DNA of 62,286 nucleotides, filler included, from Stramenopiles sp. TOSAG23-3 (lineage: Eukaryota), in NCBI GenBank assembly GCA_900128585.1. It is 5 parts of 5 records of this genome, joined end to end, with 100 filler letters (N's around TTAATTAATTAA, not from the genome) between each part and the next. Parts side by side here need not be neighbours in the genome. Positions count along the whole stretch, not along the records: positions 1 to 27,871 come from LT642254.1; 4 more parts are not named here. The stretch is one strand, 5' to 3'. The stretch's first letter is position 1, and each line of letters begins with the position of its first letter. Shown one piece after another: positions 1-11,700 of the stretch. The notes beneath the pieces were generated by a model. The model searched no databases. It was not told the DNA's origin and saw only the letters and a list, made by a program, of their open reading frames with translations. The position numbers and the translations under genes were made by a program.

Positions 1-392
1 ACGAGCCGAAGAGCAAGGAGGGAAAGACAGGGGCGTACCTAGCTGCGTTCCATGGAAAAGAGGACGTGGTAAAGTACTTGCTTGGGAAGGGGGCGATCAA
101 AGGGGATGCTGTGGAGGGTAGATGGCACGTAGCATGCGCCAAGGGAAAGTTGAAGGACGTCCAGTTGATGGTAGAATGCTTGCCCACCCTTGTCGAGTCG
201 AAGAGCAAGGAGGGAAAGACAGGGGCGTACCTTGCCGCGTTCCATGGGCACGAAGACGTGGTAAAGTACTTGCTTGGGAAGGGGGCGAACAGACAGGATG
301 TGGAGGACGGTACTTGGGTTAGGGATAAGACTATGATGTACAAGCGTCATCGTCATGTACCGTCTTTTTTACTCCCCACAATAACGGTGTAA
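1..392 (+). CDS. Ankyrin-repeat protein, 3' part (5' end outside window)
   Basis: Two GKTGAYLAAFHG..DVVKYLLGKGA ankyrin-type units; nucleotides ~1-98 and ~193-290 are near-identical (about 192-nt period). Confidence 0.8.
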   Translation, partial: EPKSKEGKTGAYLAAFHGKEDVVKYLLGKGAIKGDAVEGRWHVACAKGKLKDVQLMVECLPTLVESKSKEGKTGAYLAAFHGHEDVVKYLLGKGANRQDVEDGTWVRDKTMMYKRHRHVPSFLLPTITV

Positions 393-1003
393 TGGAATTT
401 AAAAGTCCGTTTCTAGCGCGACGGTCTTACCTAAGAAAAGTTGTACTGATTCTCGGTCTAATCACGGTACCGGTGGATATCTACAAAGCCGAAGAAGGCT
501 TATTTATGATGTTAGGAATTGACCCAGACGATCCTGCGATAGCAAAAAAGTTAAATGACGCATTGAAGTGGTTAACCTGTTGTAATGGCAATACATTGGA
601 CAAAGAGCGGGTTTATCAAATCGACAAAAGACAATTCCGTGAATATAAAGATATCTGGAAGCGTGAAAACCGATTGCGTTCCACTGGACGTGAATATGAA
701 GACTGGACTCGCACATGTGAACTATGCATGGTATCAGGCGGTCGATGTAACAAGTCTTTTTACACATTGCAGAGTTCTGGAATATTGGTCCATTGGTACC
801 TTGAATGCATTTCATGCTTCCCGATAGTGTATACGTTGGGCGGAGCAATCAATTCCATTGGCTTCCGTCGGTGTTCGTACTTAATTGGTGTATCAGTTAC
901 ACCCAATTGCCGTGCTAAACGCGATAATGCTTTTCCTATCGCTTTTAAATTGCTTTCTGNNNNNNNNNNNNNCATCCCCTCGGTGATTGACAACCAACAA
1001 TGA
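392..1003 (+). CDS. Hypothetical Cys-containing ORF (uncertain, spans N gap)
   Basis: 203-codon ORF whose ATG overlaps the ankyrin stop (TAATG); CELC and CISC pairs; no family recognised. Confidence 0.25.
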   Translation: MEFKSPFLARRSYLRKVVLILGLITVPVDIYKAEEGLFMMLGIDPDDPAIAKKLNDALKWLTCCNGNTLDKERVYQIDKRQFREYKDIWKRENRLRSTGREYEDWTRTCELCMVSGGRCNKSFYTLQSSGILVHWYLECISCFPIVYTLGGAINSIGFRRCSYLIGVSVTPNCRAKRDNAFPIAFKLLSXXXXXIPSVIDNQQ

Positions 1004-1021
1004 AACAAAACTACAGAACCA

Positions 1022-1093
1022 AGTTAGGATTAGGGTATGAGGACGCTAAATATTTAATTTTATACTTAAATAACAGCCAATTTTCTTGTTTTT
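1022..1093 (-). repeat. Gene-3'-end element, copy with telomere-like tail
   Basis: Minus strand reads AAAAACAAGAAAATTGGCTGTTATTTAAGTA...TTTAGCGTCCTCATACCCTAATCCTAACT; 35 nt past the kinase stop. Confidence 0.9.
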
Positions 1094-1128
1094 ATTTAAA
1101 CTTATTTTTAGCTCTCGCTTCTTGTATC

Positions 1129-3060
1129 TTACGCGGATTTCAGGAGCAACGGCGACACGAACTTGTAGGCATTCTTGATTCGAGCAGAATCCCCTTCTTG
1201 GTATTTTCTACAGACCTGTCCAATCTCAACCCACAGCTTTCCGTACTCGTCTAGTCTGTCGAAGAAGCGATCGCGCAACTTTCTATTGTGGGTGTAATTC
1301 AACATACTTTCCACATGCTGGTTTTTCTGGTACACCCCCAGGATCACGGTGTCGATAGCAGTCCAGAAATTAGTGAATTCTTGCAAAATCGTATCCACCT
1401 CGGACAACTTATGGACGCAGCCTGAAATTTTTGTCATGACGTTGTCGTCCTCCCCCTGCCTACCGCTTTCAGCTTCGGGCGAACTACTACGACTCCTAGG
1501 AGAAAGGCGTGGTGGAGTCAACGGAAGTACTGCCTCGATAATTTCATTTGATTTTCTGCTGCTGCCCGTGTTTGCGGCATCGGTGATGTTCGGCAAGCGT
1601 CTCTGCAGGGCCGCTTCGCACGTGTAGTTAAGCTTCAGCATAAGGTTCCCGTTCTCCTCCATCAACGATTTTGCACGCTGCCTCATTTCAGCGACGAAGC
1701 CTTGAATGTTCTTAAAAATTTGCCCAGCAAGTTCAGGCTCGCCCTCTTCAACGGCGAGCTTCAAATCATCGATGATTTCTGCCAATTCTGCCGCGGTCTT
1801 GCCAAGGCTGTCCATCATGGCGCCCGACTTTTGAAGCTGCATACTGCTCACTTTGGCATTCAACGATATCGCAATTCTAAAATCGCCACTCGCCAGATTG
1901 TATGCCTCTTCGAACAAATCTTCGATCTGAAGCTGCAAATTCATCAAATTGGTTAATCTATACACAATGTCGCCGTTGTACTGTTTCTGCAGTAGCATCG
2001 GCTGTTGCTCACTATTATGGTCCCTCGTATCGACCTCCATCAGAACCCCAGAGGCCGTCCGAACGGCCTTTCGTTTCTTGTCCCCAGATTTTCCCACAGC
2101 ACTATCCGACAATTCTTTCGTCCCATGCTGCGGGCTTGAGGTTTGGGCAACCACGGTGGCCTTGCCTTGGAACCACGGGTGGGAGAGGCATGCTTCGGAC
2201 GATGGTCGTCCCTCAGGGTGCGGGTTCATCAGCTGCTTGATCAGGTCTTTCGCATCGTCGGAGACGTTGCCCCAGTGGGACGACCGAGCAAAACTTATTT
2301 GACCGGAGCCGTCATTGACGAACTCTGGGAAAATTCCCGAGAGCATTACATACAAACACGCACCAAACGACCAGCAGTCCGCCTTCACGCCATACCCTTC
2401 GTCCGCCCCCCCCATGCGCCGTTTCGGGTCAACCTCAGGGGCGTAATACTCCGGGGTTCCAGCAAACGTCTTTGCGTACGAACCCGACCCAACTGTCCTA
2501 CTCAACCCAAAATCCAATAATTTCACGCTGCCGTCATCGGTCAGAAGAATGTTCTCTGGCTTGATATCGCGATGCACTATCTTCATGCTATGAATGTAAA
2601 TAAGAGCAGACAGCACTTTCGACATGACCGGTCGTGCGTCCTCTTCCAAAAATTTTCCACGGCTCAAAATTTCGTCAAACAGCTCCTTTCCAGGCGCGTA
2701 TTCTAACACGAGCAGCAACCGTTCGTACTCCCCCGGGTTGTGGGGGATCGAGCCGTCGTGCTTGGTCCAAAACGTTTCTACCAGCCCGACTATGTTCGGG
2801 TGCGAAAGGCTTTGCGTTATTTTCACTTCTCGCAACAACCGTTCCGGATCAAAGGACTCCCTTAGCTTCAGCGGCCGCACGTCGATGTTTTTAACAGCAA
2901 AAGTCTTCCCATCCATATTCCTTGTGCATCGATGAACCGTAGCATACGCCCCTTTCCCAATCCGTTCATGCGTCATGTACTTTTCTTGAAACGCGCTGGT
3001 TACAACACCAGACGCCGACACGTTCCCAGCGCTTTGGCCGGACGACGCGAAGGTTGCCAT
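1129..3060 (-). CDS. Ser/Thr protein kinase (CAMK/Chk2-like) with helical C-terminal domain
   Basis: IGKGAYATV, AVK, HRDIKPEN, DFG, GTPEYYAPE, ADCWSFG motifs. Confidence 0.93.
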   Translation of the reverse strand: MATFASSGQSAGNVSASGVVTSAFQEKYMTHERIGKGAYATVHRCTRNMDGKTFAVKNIDVRPLKLRESFDPERLLREVKITQSLSHPNIVGLVETFWTKHDGSIPHNPGEYERLLLVLEYAPGKELFDEILSRGKFLEEDARPVMSKVLSALIYIHSMKIVHRDIKPENILLTDDGSVKLLDFGLSRTVGSGSYAKTFAGTPEYYAPEVDPKRRMGGADEGYGVKADCWSFGACLYVMLSGIFPEFVNDGSGQISFARSSHWGNVSDDAKDLIKQLMNPHPEGRPSSEACLSHPWFQGKATVVAQTSSPQHGTKELSDSAVGKSGDKKRKAVRTASGVLMEVDTRDHNSEQQPMLLQKQYNGDIVYRLTNLMNLQLQIEDLFEEAYNLASGDFRIAISLNAKVSSMQLQKSGAMMDSLGKTAAELAEIIDDLKLAVEEGEPELAGQIFKNIQGFVAEMRQRAKSLMEENGNLMLKLNYTCEAALQRRLPNITDAANTGSSRKSNEIIEAVLPLTPPRLSPRSRSSSPEAESGRQGEDDNVMTKISGCVHKLSEVDTILQEFTNFWTAIDTVILGVYQKNQHVESMLNYTHNRKLRDRFFDRLDEYGKLWVEIGQVCRKYQEGDSARIKNAYKFVSPLLLKSA

Positions 3061-3385
3061 TACTCTTATAAGGATAGTTCAATAGTTTCCAGTTCGCACG
3101 ATGGAAAAATGAAAACGAAAAACACAAAACAGGCAACTTCCTTTCCAGTCTTAAATCGTTCAAAATAGTAATACAATTGAAGAAGAAAGCTTTCCTCTTT
3201 CTCCAACACTAGATCAATTGGTCGTCATTTCCGGAATATACATTTTTTAATAAAAAACAAACTATATACTCAATACTTAAATAAAAAAAGTTTAATTCTC
3301 TTCTTCTTCTTTTTTTTTTAGTGTGTATTTTATAATAAAATATCATCTCCTCACCACCACAAACAACACGAAGCAGGATGGACGG

Positions 3386-3505
3386 AGAACGGAGAGGAGA
3401 GAGAGAGAGAGAGAGAAGGAAGGAAGGAAAGAAGGAAGGAGAGAGAGAGAGAAGGAAGGAAGGAAGGAAGGAAGGAAGGAAGGAAGGAAGGAAGGAAGGA
3501 AGGAG
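3386..3505. repeat. (GA)n/(GGAA)n microsatellite
   Basis: Direct inspection; lies in a divergent intergenic region. Confidence 0.9.
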
Positions 3506-4137
3506 GTTTATTTCTTCTTCTTTCTGTATTCATTTTTTATTATTTTTTATTATTTTTTATATTTTTATATTATAGTCTAATATAGCAATAGTATAGAAAT
3601 TATTAAATATTAGGAATTTCAATCTTAATACTAACCCTGATTATGCCCCTATAATAAGTCCTAATAATAAAATAAGGCCAAAAATTTATTATTTTCCAAA
3701 TCGAAGCTTATTCTCGAATTCTTTAATATACGTACTATTAATACACGTATACAGCATTAATGATTATACATAGATACAGCATTGTATATTCTTTTTTGTT
3801 TTTTGAAAATGGAGAAGAAGAAGAAAAAAAGAAGAAAGAAAAACAAAAAAGGATTATAATATTAGCTACAGTATATTGATGATTGAATTCCCACTCTTCT
3901 CTTCTCTCTCTTCTCCTCTGCTGTAGTATGTTATAATATTATTATTATTATTATGAAAAAGTACGAAACAAAAAGTTGGTACGACGGTATGGTAGGAAGC
4001 ACGTAGAACTTTTTTTTTAAAAGTGGAATTGAATGGGTGTATGTAAACGGATGTTCATTTAACTCAGTGAATACTGAAATTACAATGCCTGAATTGTACG
4101 CGTAACGATATCGATTGGATAGAGGCGACGTAAGCAA

Positions 4138-5241
4138 ATGGAAGTTAGGTTCGAGGAGGAGGACCGCAAGGTTGGAGAAGAAACAGCCGAGCCGTCAGCT
4201 GGGTGGGTCCAACAGTTTGATGACGCCGGCCAACCGTACTTTTACGAATTGCGAACCGGTGAGAGTAGATGGGAGGAGCCGCCTTTGGGTGAAGGTGGGT
4301 ATTGGAAACAATTGTGGGACGATCATCATGACGCTTTGTTTTATCAACATACTGTTTCGGGCGAAATGCGTTGGGAATTCCCCTCCCTTGTGGATCCTGG
4401 ACGGAAACATGGGAGCCCCGCCGCCGTTGATCCGGAGCCCCGGGCCGGTTCGGGTGAAACCGACAGTGCAGCAGAGCGCGTATCTCTGTACGACGCATCT
4501 GATAGCAAGAGCGATAGTGATAGTGATGGAAGGAAGGGGGAAGAAGAAAAGCCGTCAACTAACGTGTCTATTGCCTCCAGCTCGTCTGTTAGCAGCGACA
4601 GTAGTGACAGCGACAGTAGCGACAGTAGCAGCAATAGCGCTGATGATGATACGGTATTTTACGTGTACCACTGCGTGTTTTTGGCCCAAGGGTGCTTGTT
4701 TGAGTCCCCTGCGGCAGGAATTGAGTCTGTTTTCAAACTGGTGTACAGGATTTTGGTCACTGTGTTTTATGTGCTTTTGGCCGCGTTGCAATGTTTCAAC
4801 GATGCGGCATTGCAGAAAATAAGAATCCATGCCGTGGAATGTGGCATACTTCTTGCGTCCGCTGTAAGTTTGTTTTCGTGTATCCCGGGGGCTCTGGTGT
4901 ACAGAGACTTCAACAGTTTTGAGGATACATTTCAATTAATGCCTCTGTATACTTTGATCGGGCGTGTGGATCCCCGTCGTTTTTGGGTGTTCACCCATTT
5001 CCAAGGCTCGGAGGCCACGAACGTTTTGTCTGGGAGCTACCCCGCAGACTCGATGGACGATTTTAAAACCCACACACCCAGGCGTAAATACAACAGGGTG
5101 AAAAGTAAAGGGCCGGGTGGTAAAGGGGGTGGGAAGAAGAAGAGGAAGAAAAAGAAAGGCGGTTCCAAGAATAAAAGTGTTAAATTTTCTGGCATCGAAA
5201 GAATTTCCGATGAAGATCACTTTGAAATGACCCGGATATAA
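4138..5241 (+). CDS. Tandem-WW-domain membrane protein
   Basis: GWVQQFDDAGQPYFYELRTGESRWEEP and YWKQLWDD..LFYQHTVSGEMRWEFP WW domains, Ser/Asp tract, hydrophobic segments, Lys-rich tail. Confidence 0.8.
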   Translation: MEVRFEEEDRKVGEETAEPSAGWVQQFDDAGQPYFYELRTGESRWEEPPLGEGGYWKQLWDDHHDALFYQHTVSGEMRWEFPSLVDPGRKHGSPAAVDPEPRAGSGETDSAAERVSLYDASDSKSDSDSDGRKGEEEKPSTNVSIASSSSVSSDSSDSDSSDSSSNSADDDTVFYVYHCVFLAQGCLFESPAAGIESVFKLVYRILVTVFYVLLAALQCFNDAALQKIRIHAVECGILLASAVSLFSCIPGALVYRDFNSFEDTFQLMPLYTLIGRVDPRRFWVFTHFQGSEATNVLSGSYPADSMDDFKTHTPRRKYNRVKSKGPGGKGGGKKKRKKKKGGSKNKSVKFSGIERISDEDHFEMTRI

Positions 5242-5368
5242 AAGGGAGCAGGGACGAAGCAAGACAAAAAAATCAAAATTTAAAAACAAAAATTTGGTAT
5301 TATTGAAAAAAAAACTGATTAGTATGGTATTATTGAATAATAACGTACTACCGGTATATTAGAAAAAA

Positions 5369-5723
5369 CAAAATATATAGTATGTTTTAAGACTCTCATT
5401 TTAAATCAAGTACTTCTCATAAATTATATGAGATTCAGTGCGCGTTTATTCCAAAAGGACACAGAGAAAGTACAAAATTCAGTTTTGCAGTCGTTGCTTT
5501 AGATTTGCGCCAAAAGGAAAATTGTGGAATCGTGTGTGTGTAGTGTACGAATTAGTGCAAATATCTCCCTCGACACTAAAACATATAAACATTTAAGTAC
5601 CGATTCGGATCGTTCATGGACTCCACTCTAGATTTCAGTTTCCAGTTTTCAGTTCGCAGTACATTAATTTTAATTACTTAAATAACATTAAAATGAGAGT
5701 CTTAAAACATACTATATATTTTG
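5369..5723. mobile_element. MITE-like segment bounded by a perfect 36-bp inverted repeat
   Basis: 5369-5404 CAAAATATATAGTATGTTTTAAGACTCTCATTTTAA is the exact reverse complement of 5688-5723; no TSD seen. Confidence 0.5.
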
Positions 5724-5751
5724 GTTCTTAAATAACAGCCAATTTTCTTGT
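5649..5751 (-). repeat. Gene-3'-end element, copy split by an insertion
   Basis: TCAGTTCGCAGTACATTAATTTTAATTACTTAAATAACA (5649-5687), then the IR arm, then CTTAAATAACAGCCAATTTTCTTGT (5727-5751). Confidence 0.85.
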
Positions 5752-5799
5752 ATTAAACATTTAAGAATCTTGACTTGAAAATTAAAAATGTAAATTTAC

Positions 5800-5866
5800 A
5801 GTTAGGATTAGGGTACGACGAAGCTAAATTTAAAATTACTTAAATAACAGCCAATTTTCTTGTTTT
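5800..5866 (-). repeat. Gene-3'-end element, copy with telomere-like tail
   Basis: + strand AGTTAGGATTAGGGTACGACGAAGCTAAATTTAAAATTACTTAAATAACAGCCAATTTTCTTGTTTT; 29 nt past the IPK stop. Confidence 0.9.
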
Positions 5867-5895
5867 AATTTACAGTCAATGTGCAATGTTAATCT

Positions 5896-6822
5896 TCAGG
5901 TGTTCTCTGTATAAGCCCGCGATTTCACGAGAGATTCGACCCACTGGAAGGAGCGCAAAAGGGACTTTATGCCTTTGATCGAACTTTCATCCCTCTTTAT
6001 GCTCACGCCTTCAGATTCATACCAGTGAGCAAAGTCTATTAGCTTAACGTCCACGCAGGAGTGCTCGCGCGGCAGAGGCCTTACATCTTGGTCCATGTTT
6101 ACGCTGTCACTGTTGCAACATCCGTCACTTTCATACACAATTAAAACCGAATGTCCATAAAACCGGTAAGGGCTCTTCTCGCTGAACCACTTCTCAATTG
6201 CCAGAAGCTTTTCAATGATTTTCTCCAAAACATCGAACCGAAAGAATTCTCCATCAAAAATGAAATTCAACAACGCATGGGGAATATTTTTGTCGTTGAA
6301 ACTTAGGCCATAGGATTTGTCAAACAGACGATACTGCCCAGATTTTTTGTCGTAAACTTTCATCCCGATGATCCTGTACCCAACAGACTCTTGGTAAGGA
6401 AACTTTAATTTTTCTCTAGAGATTTTTTCGATCGATGCTTCTTCGTCGTACGTTCTTGTCCCTAACTTAATATCAATTGAGCATGGGTTTAAAAAGGGGG
6501 CCTCGATATCCTGAAGTTTTATAAACCTGCAGCCAGTTTGGTCTCTGGAACAAATGCCAAAAAACTTAGGGAAAAACGAAGGTGTAGGGTAAGCAGTGCT
6601 CCAGATTTTTTTGTAGAACGCCACTTCCTTCTGTGCGAGACTGATATTCTTTTGGAAGGGCTTCAAGAAACACGTTTTCCATTTAAAACTAGGGTACCCC
6701 TTCGCATGCCTTGAGTTGAGGGTTACATACCTCGCAACGTGCTCCACCCAATCCCCTGGCGGTATTACCTCACAGTCACCAAGGTTTTCTTCACCCTCCT
6801 CATCGCAAGCAAGGCTGCTCAT
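5896..6822 (-). CDS. IPMK: Inositol polyphosphate (multi)kinase, IPK family
   Basis: PCSIDIKLGTRTY (PxxxDxKxG), SVLIVYE (SLL-like), LIDFAH; first ATG at 6822. Confidence 0.88.
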   Translation of the reverse strand: MSSLACDEEGEENLGDCEVIPPGDWVEHVARYVTLNSRHAKGYPSFKWKTCFLKPFQKNISLAQKEVAFYKKIWSTAYPTPSFFPKFFGICSRDQTGCRFIKLQDIEAPFLNPCSIDIKLGTRTYDEEASIEKISREKLKFPYQESVGYRIIGMKVYDKKSGQYRLFDKSYGLSFNDKNIPHALLNFIFDGEFFRFDVLEKIIEKLLAIEKWFSEKSPYRFYGHSVLIVYESDGCCNSDSVNMDQDVRPLPREHSCVDVKLIDFAHWYESEGVSIKRDESSIKGIKSLLRSFQWVESLVKSRAYTENT

Positions 6823-7273
6823 AATAGGAATGGCCCTCAAAGTTTACCAGGCGTCTCAGTCTACCACCACCAAATTGAAACGCCAGCCAAATGTTGTACG
6901 ACGAGCCAGTATAAAATTATACTTATGTGGGGTGGTGCGTTGTTTTTTTTCTTCTTTTTTTTTATATATAATATTTTAATATTTATTAAATAAAGCTTAA
7001 TAATTATTATAATTTTTAAGAAGAAAAAAGAATAATAATATTAGTTAGGTAATAATATAATAATAAAATATGATGATGGGTCGGTTGTCCCGCCGCCGGG
7101 GTGGTATTATACTCTACTGATTGGTAATAATTGGTAATATTTTATATGATCAAAACTTTCCAAACAAATTGGCAATCTATATGTATAAGAACTCTTCTCT
7201 ATGCGTAAATAATTTGGATTGTTCATCAAGAAGAGGGTGTGCAGCAAACTGAGGAAATTATTATTTGCCGGCC

Positions 7274-7805
7274 CTACACTTTTATATCCTTGCTTTCCTC
7301 CCTCATGCATAGTTGTTCACCAGCTATGCACATCAACGCGCAACAAAATCCGTTTATAAACCACCATTCACCGTTTGTCGGCAAGCCCTGTTTTATAGAT
7401 GAAATGATGTGTTAAAGGTTAGAAAACAAAACGGGGGGGGGGGGCGCGGAGGGCGCCATAACAAGTGGCCTTACTTACATCATAAATCATTGTGTTAATC
7501 CAGTGGATGAAAAATATTGTAACAGAAAAATCCAGACATTTTTTTGCGCGCTCTATTATCGGAACAAATAAAAATGAAACAAAAATGGAGACAGCGACTA
7601 AAACTGCAATGTGTGACCACCCGCTTGCTGTAGACACCGTTAGTCTTCTCCATTCTAACAAAAAACCAATCGACAAAGAGTGTCCAAAAAAGAAGTGCAG
7701 GCACAGCAGCAAAATTCCTTGCACCAAGTAAAAACTAGCCTGCAACACTAGTATCTGAGAAGTTATGAGGTGAGGGTCGAATTTTACCGTTCCATAGAAA
7801 GGCAT
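7274..7805 (-). CDS. SYS1: Golgi trafficking membrane protein SYS1; two exons (7805-7479, 7387-7274)
   Basis: FDPHLITSQI..LQ..FY and IERAKKCLDF motifs; 91-nt intron 7478-7388 (GTAAGT...TTCTAAC...AACAG) restores GLPTNGEWW...GEQLCMREESKDIKV*. Confidence 0.9.
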
Positions 7806-8721
7806 GTTTCCCGCAGTCAAAATCCCAAAGGTAGAAGGAACCGCTTTCTCCAGTAAATAAAATACCGCAAAGCAATGATTAACGACAACTTTGTTGACCG
7901 GATAATACGAACGTTTTACAAGGTCCCGATCATGAAGTAATAAATTTATCGTTTTAAATAGAACCTTACGTAAATAAAAATGGTGTACATCTCTTTTTTT
8001 TAATTAATTCAAACATTATTATTATTAATTATTTATTATTTATTATTTTTTTTTTTTTTTATTACAGTATTATTCAAAAAAAAAAAAAAAAGAAGAGATG
8101 AGGAGAGGAGAGGAGAGGAGAGGAGAAGAAAAAAAGATGAATGAAAGAAGAAAAAAAAAAGAATAGTATTAAATTAATATATGTTTAACAGTATGAAATC
8201 TCTATACTATTTAGATGTGTTATAATGTATTACAGTAAAAACGTACAGCTGAAGCTGAAAGCTGAAAGCTGAGCGAGCGGAATGCCGTTATTTTTATATT
8301 ATTTTATTTTATTTTATTTTAGCTCTGACGACTGATGAAAAAATAAGGACTGAATTCCACGTGGACTGCATCATGCATGCTGCATGCATGCTGTGATGAA
8401 TTGTGAAGAATGCAATAATTTAAGAATGCAGCAATGCAGTTGAATTACTCTTCTTCTCTTTGCATGCTATATTATAGTAATAAAACTACTATTGTCCATG
8501 GTCACATTAGCGAGTTACGTTAGTGTTAGTAATAATAATAATAATAAAAACAATTATTAAAAAATAGCGGTTGCAATCGCTGGTTGATTACATTTCATTT
8601 GGCGAAATTGGATAGCACATTCGTCTAATCAATTTGATTGAAAACCACCACTAAAAAGGTAGAAGGAATCTCTGCTACATAATTAGTGTTGCCGAAGTTT
8701 GCGTCTAGAACCGGATACAAA

Positions 8722-11700
8722 ATGGAAGAGCAGGGACATCCAGAGGAGTCTGGCAAACAGGAAACCGTTAGTTCCAACCAGGAAGACGTTGCTGCCAACC
8801 CGGAAGTTGTAGTTGCTGACGTTGATTCCGATCCTGATGACTTGGACGAAGACGTTCATGTTGCGAAGTCAGGTATGGACATAATGATGTCCCTGGAGGG
8901 CTCAGCTTTGAACGATCTGAGATCACGCTTTGAAACGAAAGAGGAAGAAGAGGGCGACGGGTTAGACTTGGACGAGTTTGTTGACACGTTTTTGGAGTTT
9001 CTTACACCCGACCAAGACGATCGAAAACATCTTGTGACCGATCTTGTCGAATTGTTTCACCAGATTGATATCAATGGCGACGGAACAGTAGAATGGGAGG
9101 AATTTACTTCGTACTGTGTGGAGGCGGGATTGCTTGCAACCCGCCGTGTCAAAATTCCTCTTAAATACCAGTTTGTTGAAGACAAACGGTTTGTGGACAA
9201 ATATACGAAAGGGGAGTTGTCTGGGATTACTTGGATCCCTGAAATCAATCGTTTGGCAGTGCTTGAAAAAGGAACCTGTGTTCTAAAAATGTACGACAAC
9301 AATTTCCTGCTGCGCGGTACCGTGGATTTAAGGGATGGAGTGCACCCGGAAGAACAAAAGAAAAACGAGAGCGAGCACAAAATCCGTCAAGACATCCAGG
9401 AAGTTAAAGCGAGCGTGCTGACAGTTTGCTACGTTGTCCCTAAGAACATTTTGGTGATTGCCTCATCTGATCTGGGTATTTCGCTGTGGGAATGTGGCCT
9501 GCAAAAGAAAAACCCCTTTTTGAAAACTTCTGCGTTGCTCAAGCCGGATGAGTACCGTTTTTGTGGCCAGATTCATACCGCGGCAATGGTCTTAAAACTA
9601 AAGTTCTGCCCTGTGTCGGATTTGGTATGGGCGGTTGGAGGGCATGAGGTGATTAGTAATGGGGTCAGTGAGGAGCCTTCTCAAAATCACCCTGGAATAA
9701 TACAAGGCTACAAAGTTGTGATGACAACTGCGGGGGGTCTTAAAGATTTTTACGACCTGAGTCCGTTCTTTCGTTTGGAAGGATACCATCGTGCCTGCGC
9801 CATGGACATTCTGGAAATAGAAAAAGAAGGCGTACTGGTCACGTCTTCTATTGACAAACACAAAAATTTAGGATTGTGGGATATACACACAAAAAAGTTT
9901 CGTTCGCCACTTCAAGGGCACAGTAGAGGGGTAGTTTCTATAGTTTATGCTGACGACCAAAATTTGTTAGTTAGTGCTGGCTTTGAATACGAGGCGCTTA
10001 TTTGGGATGTGAAAGGGTCAAAATTCCCAATAATGACAATTTCAGGACATCATTCGCCCCTCGTTGGCGTCAGTCTGGCCCCCTTCACAACTGGTTCAAA
10101 TGCAATTACGTTGGATCGAAAAGGGAATTTCAAAATGTGGGACATACGGCGCTCCACGCACTCAAAAGCCTTGCTGCTGGAGACCTGGGAAGTTAGCCAA
10201 GGCGTCGGTGGATTTCAACCCAAATGTTTTGACATTATGGTGCCCGGAAAGGATTGTGTTGCGGCGGGCTACAATTTGCACGTATTTAAATGCAGACGCA
10301 AGCGAACTACAGAAATGATTCCCTCCTTCGTGCAATATAATCCTGAATTTATGAAGTTTGCCGTTGCGTTTGGGTCCGATATTCTCATCTACAACGCGGA
10401 GGATGGGGCGGAGTTGCAGCATTATAGAAATATTGGTAAATCAGAAATTACCTCAATGTGTTTGGATCGCCGTTATAGAAAACTGATCGTGGGCTACCAC
10501 AACGGCGATATTTTAGTGCATAACTTTATGAACGGTGCGGTTATGAAACGGTTCCAAGGGCACTCTTGTGATGTCACGGCACTAGTTATGATTCGGCAAG
10601 ATGATTGCCTTGTAAGTACATCTTGGGATAAGTCGATAAGAGTGTTCGATGAAATTGCACCAGGAGAAGGTTTAAGCCACCCTCCGACTGTCTCGAGCAT
10701 GAGAAGTATTAACGACGTTCATGACCGTGACGTCGGGTGCATGGCGGTATCGCATACCTTGAGTCTTGTTGCAACGGCAGCTACAGATTTTAAAATTAGA
10801 ATCTGGGACTTTCAGCAACTGAAGCTGGAAAAGAACGGCAGTTACTTACACCACACCGTCGAAATCACGTGCATCAAATTTGTAGACCCTTACCCTATCC
10901 TGGTATCGTGCGATTGCAGCGGCTTAATCGCGATATGGACGGTGCGACCAGACGTAAATAGGGGAAGAGTATTGCATGCATTTCACAATCTTTCCGTTGT
11001 GAATGAATTTGTGTCCATGGCTACGATGCAAAAAATTGAGAAGCGAGAGAAAGAGGAGAATTTTGCATTTTTGACCGGCATTCCCTTAGAGAAAAATGAA
11101 ACGGAGGAGGAAGAGCCTAGTAATTTGCAACCAGTTGCCGTGAATGCTATAGCAATTTCAACAAGCAAAGGTTTTCCTGAGCTGTACAGCGGCGACGACG
11201 TTGGATCGATAAAGAAATGGGATTTGAAACGTTTCATAGATTCTTACAAAATAACCCCTGTAACCAAGTCGGTCACAGGGTTGATAAGCTATAACGCAAG
11301 GAGGAGGTTTCACCGGTCAGCGAAAGGCGACATAAATTTTGAGGGTAACTCTGACACCCGCAACAAGCCAGGGGGTATAGTTCAAGGAAAGAACAAGGAC
11401 GTTAAGGTAACAATGGTGAAAGCATGGAAGGCCCACTCCGACGCAATCAATCATTTGCACGCGGTGAACGAAAGGCCATTTTGCGTTGTTAGTTCCTCGA
11501 TGGATCTTAGCTGCAGAATTTGGTCGTGCGATGGGCTTCCCATGGGCAGCCTTTGCGTCAGTGTATTGGAAAAACAAAGGATAGCAGAGGGGCGAGCAAA
11601 GAAGGTTCCTTGGCTGCTGACCCCTCCTGTTAATCACCGAAGGCACGAGCGTCTAAAACACGGCCAGTTTGTCATGGAGTCGGTAGATAAGATAAGGGAG

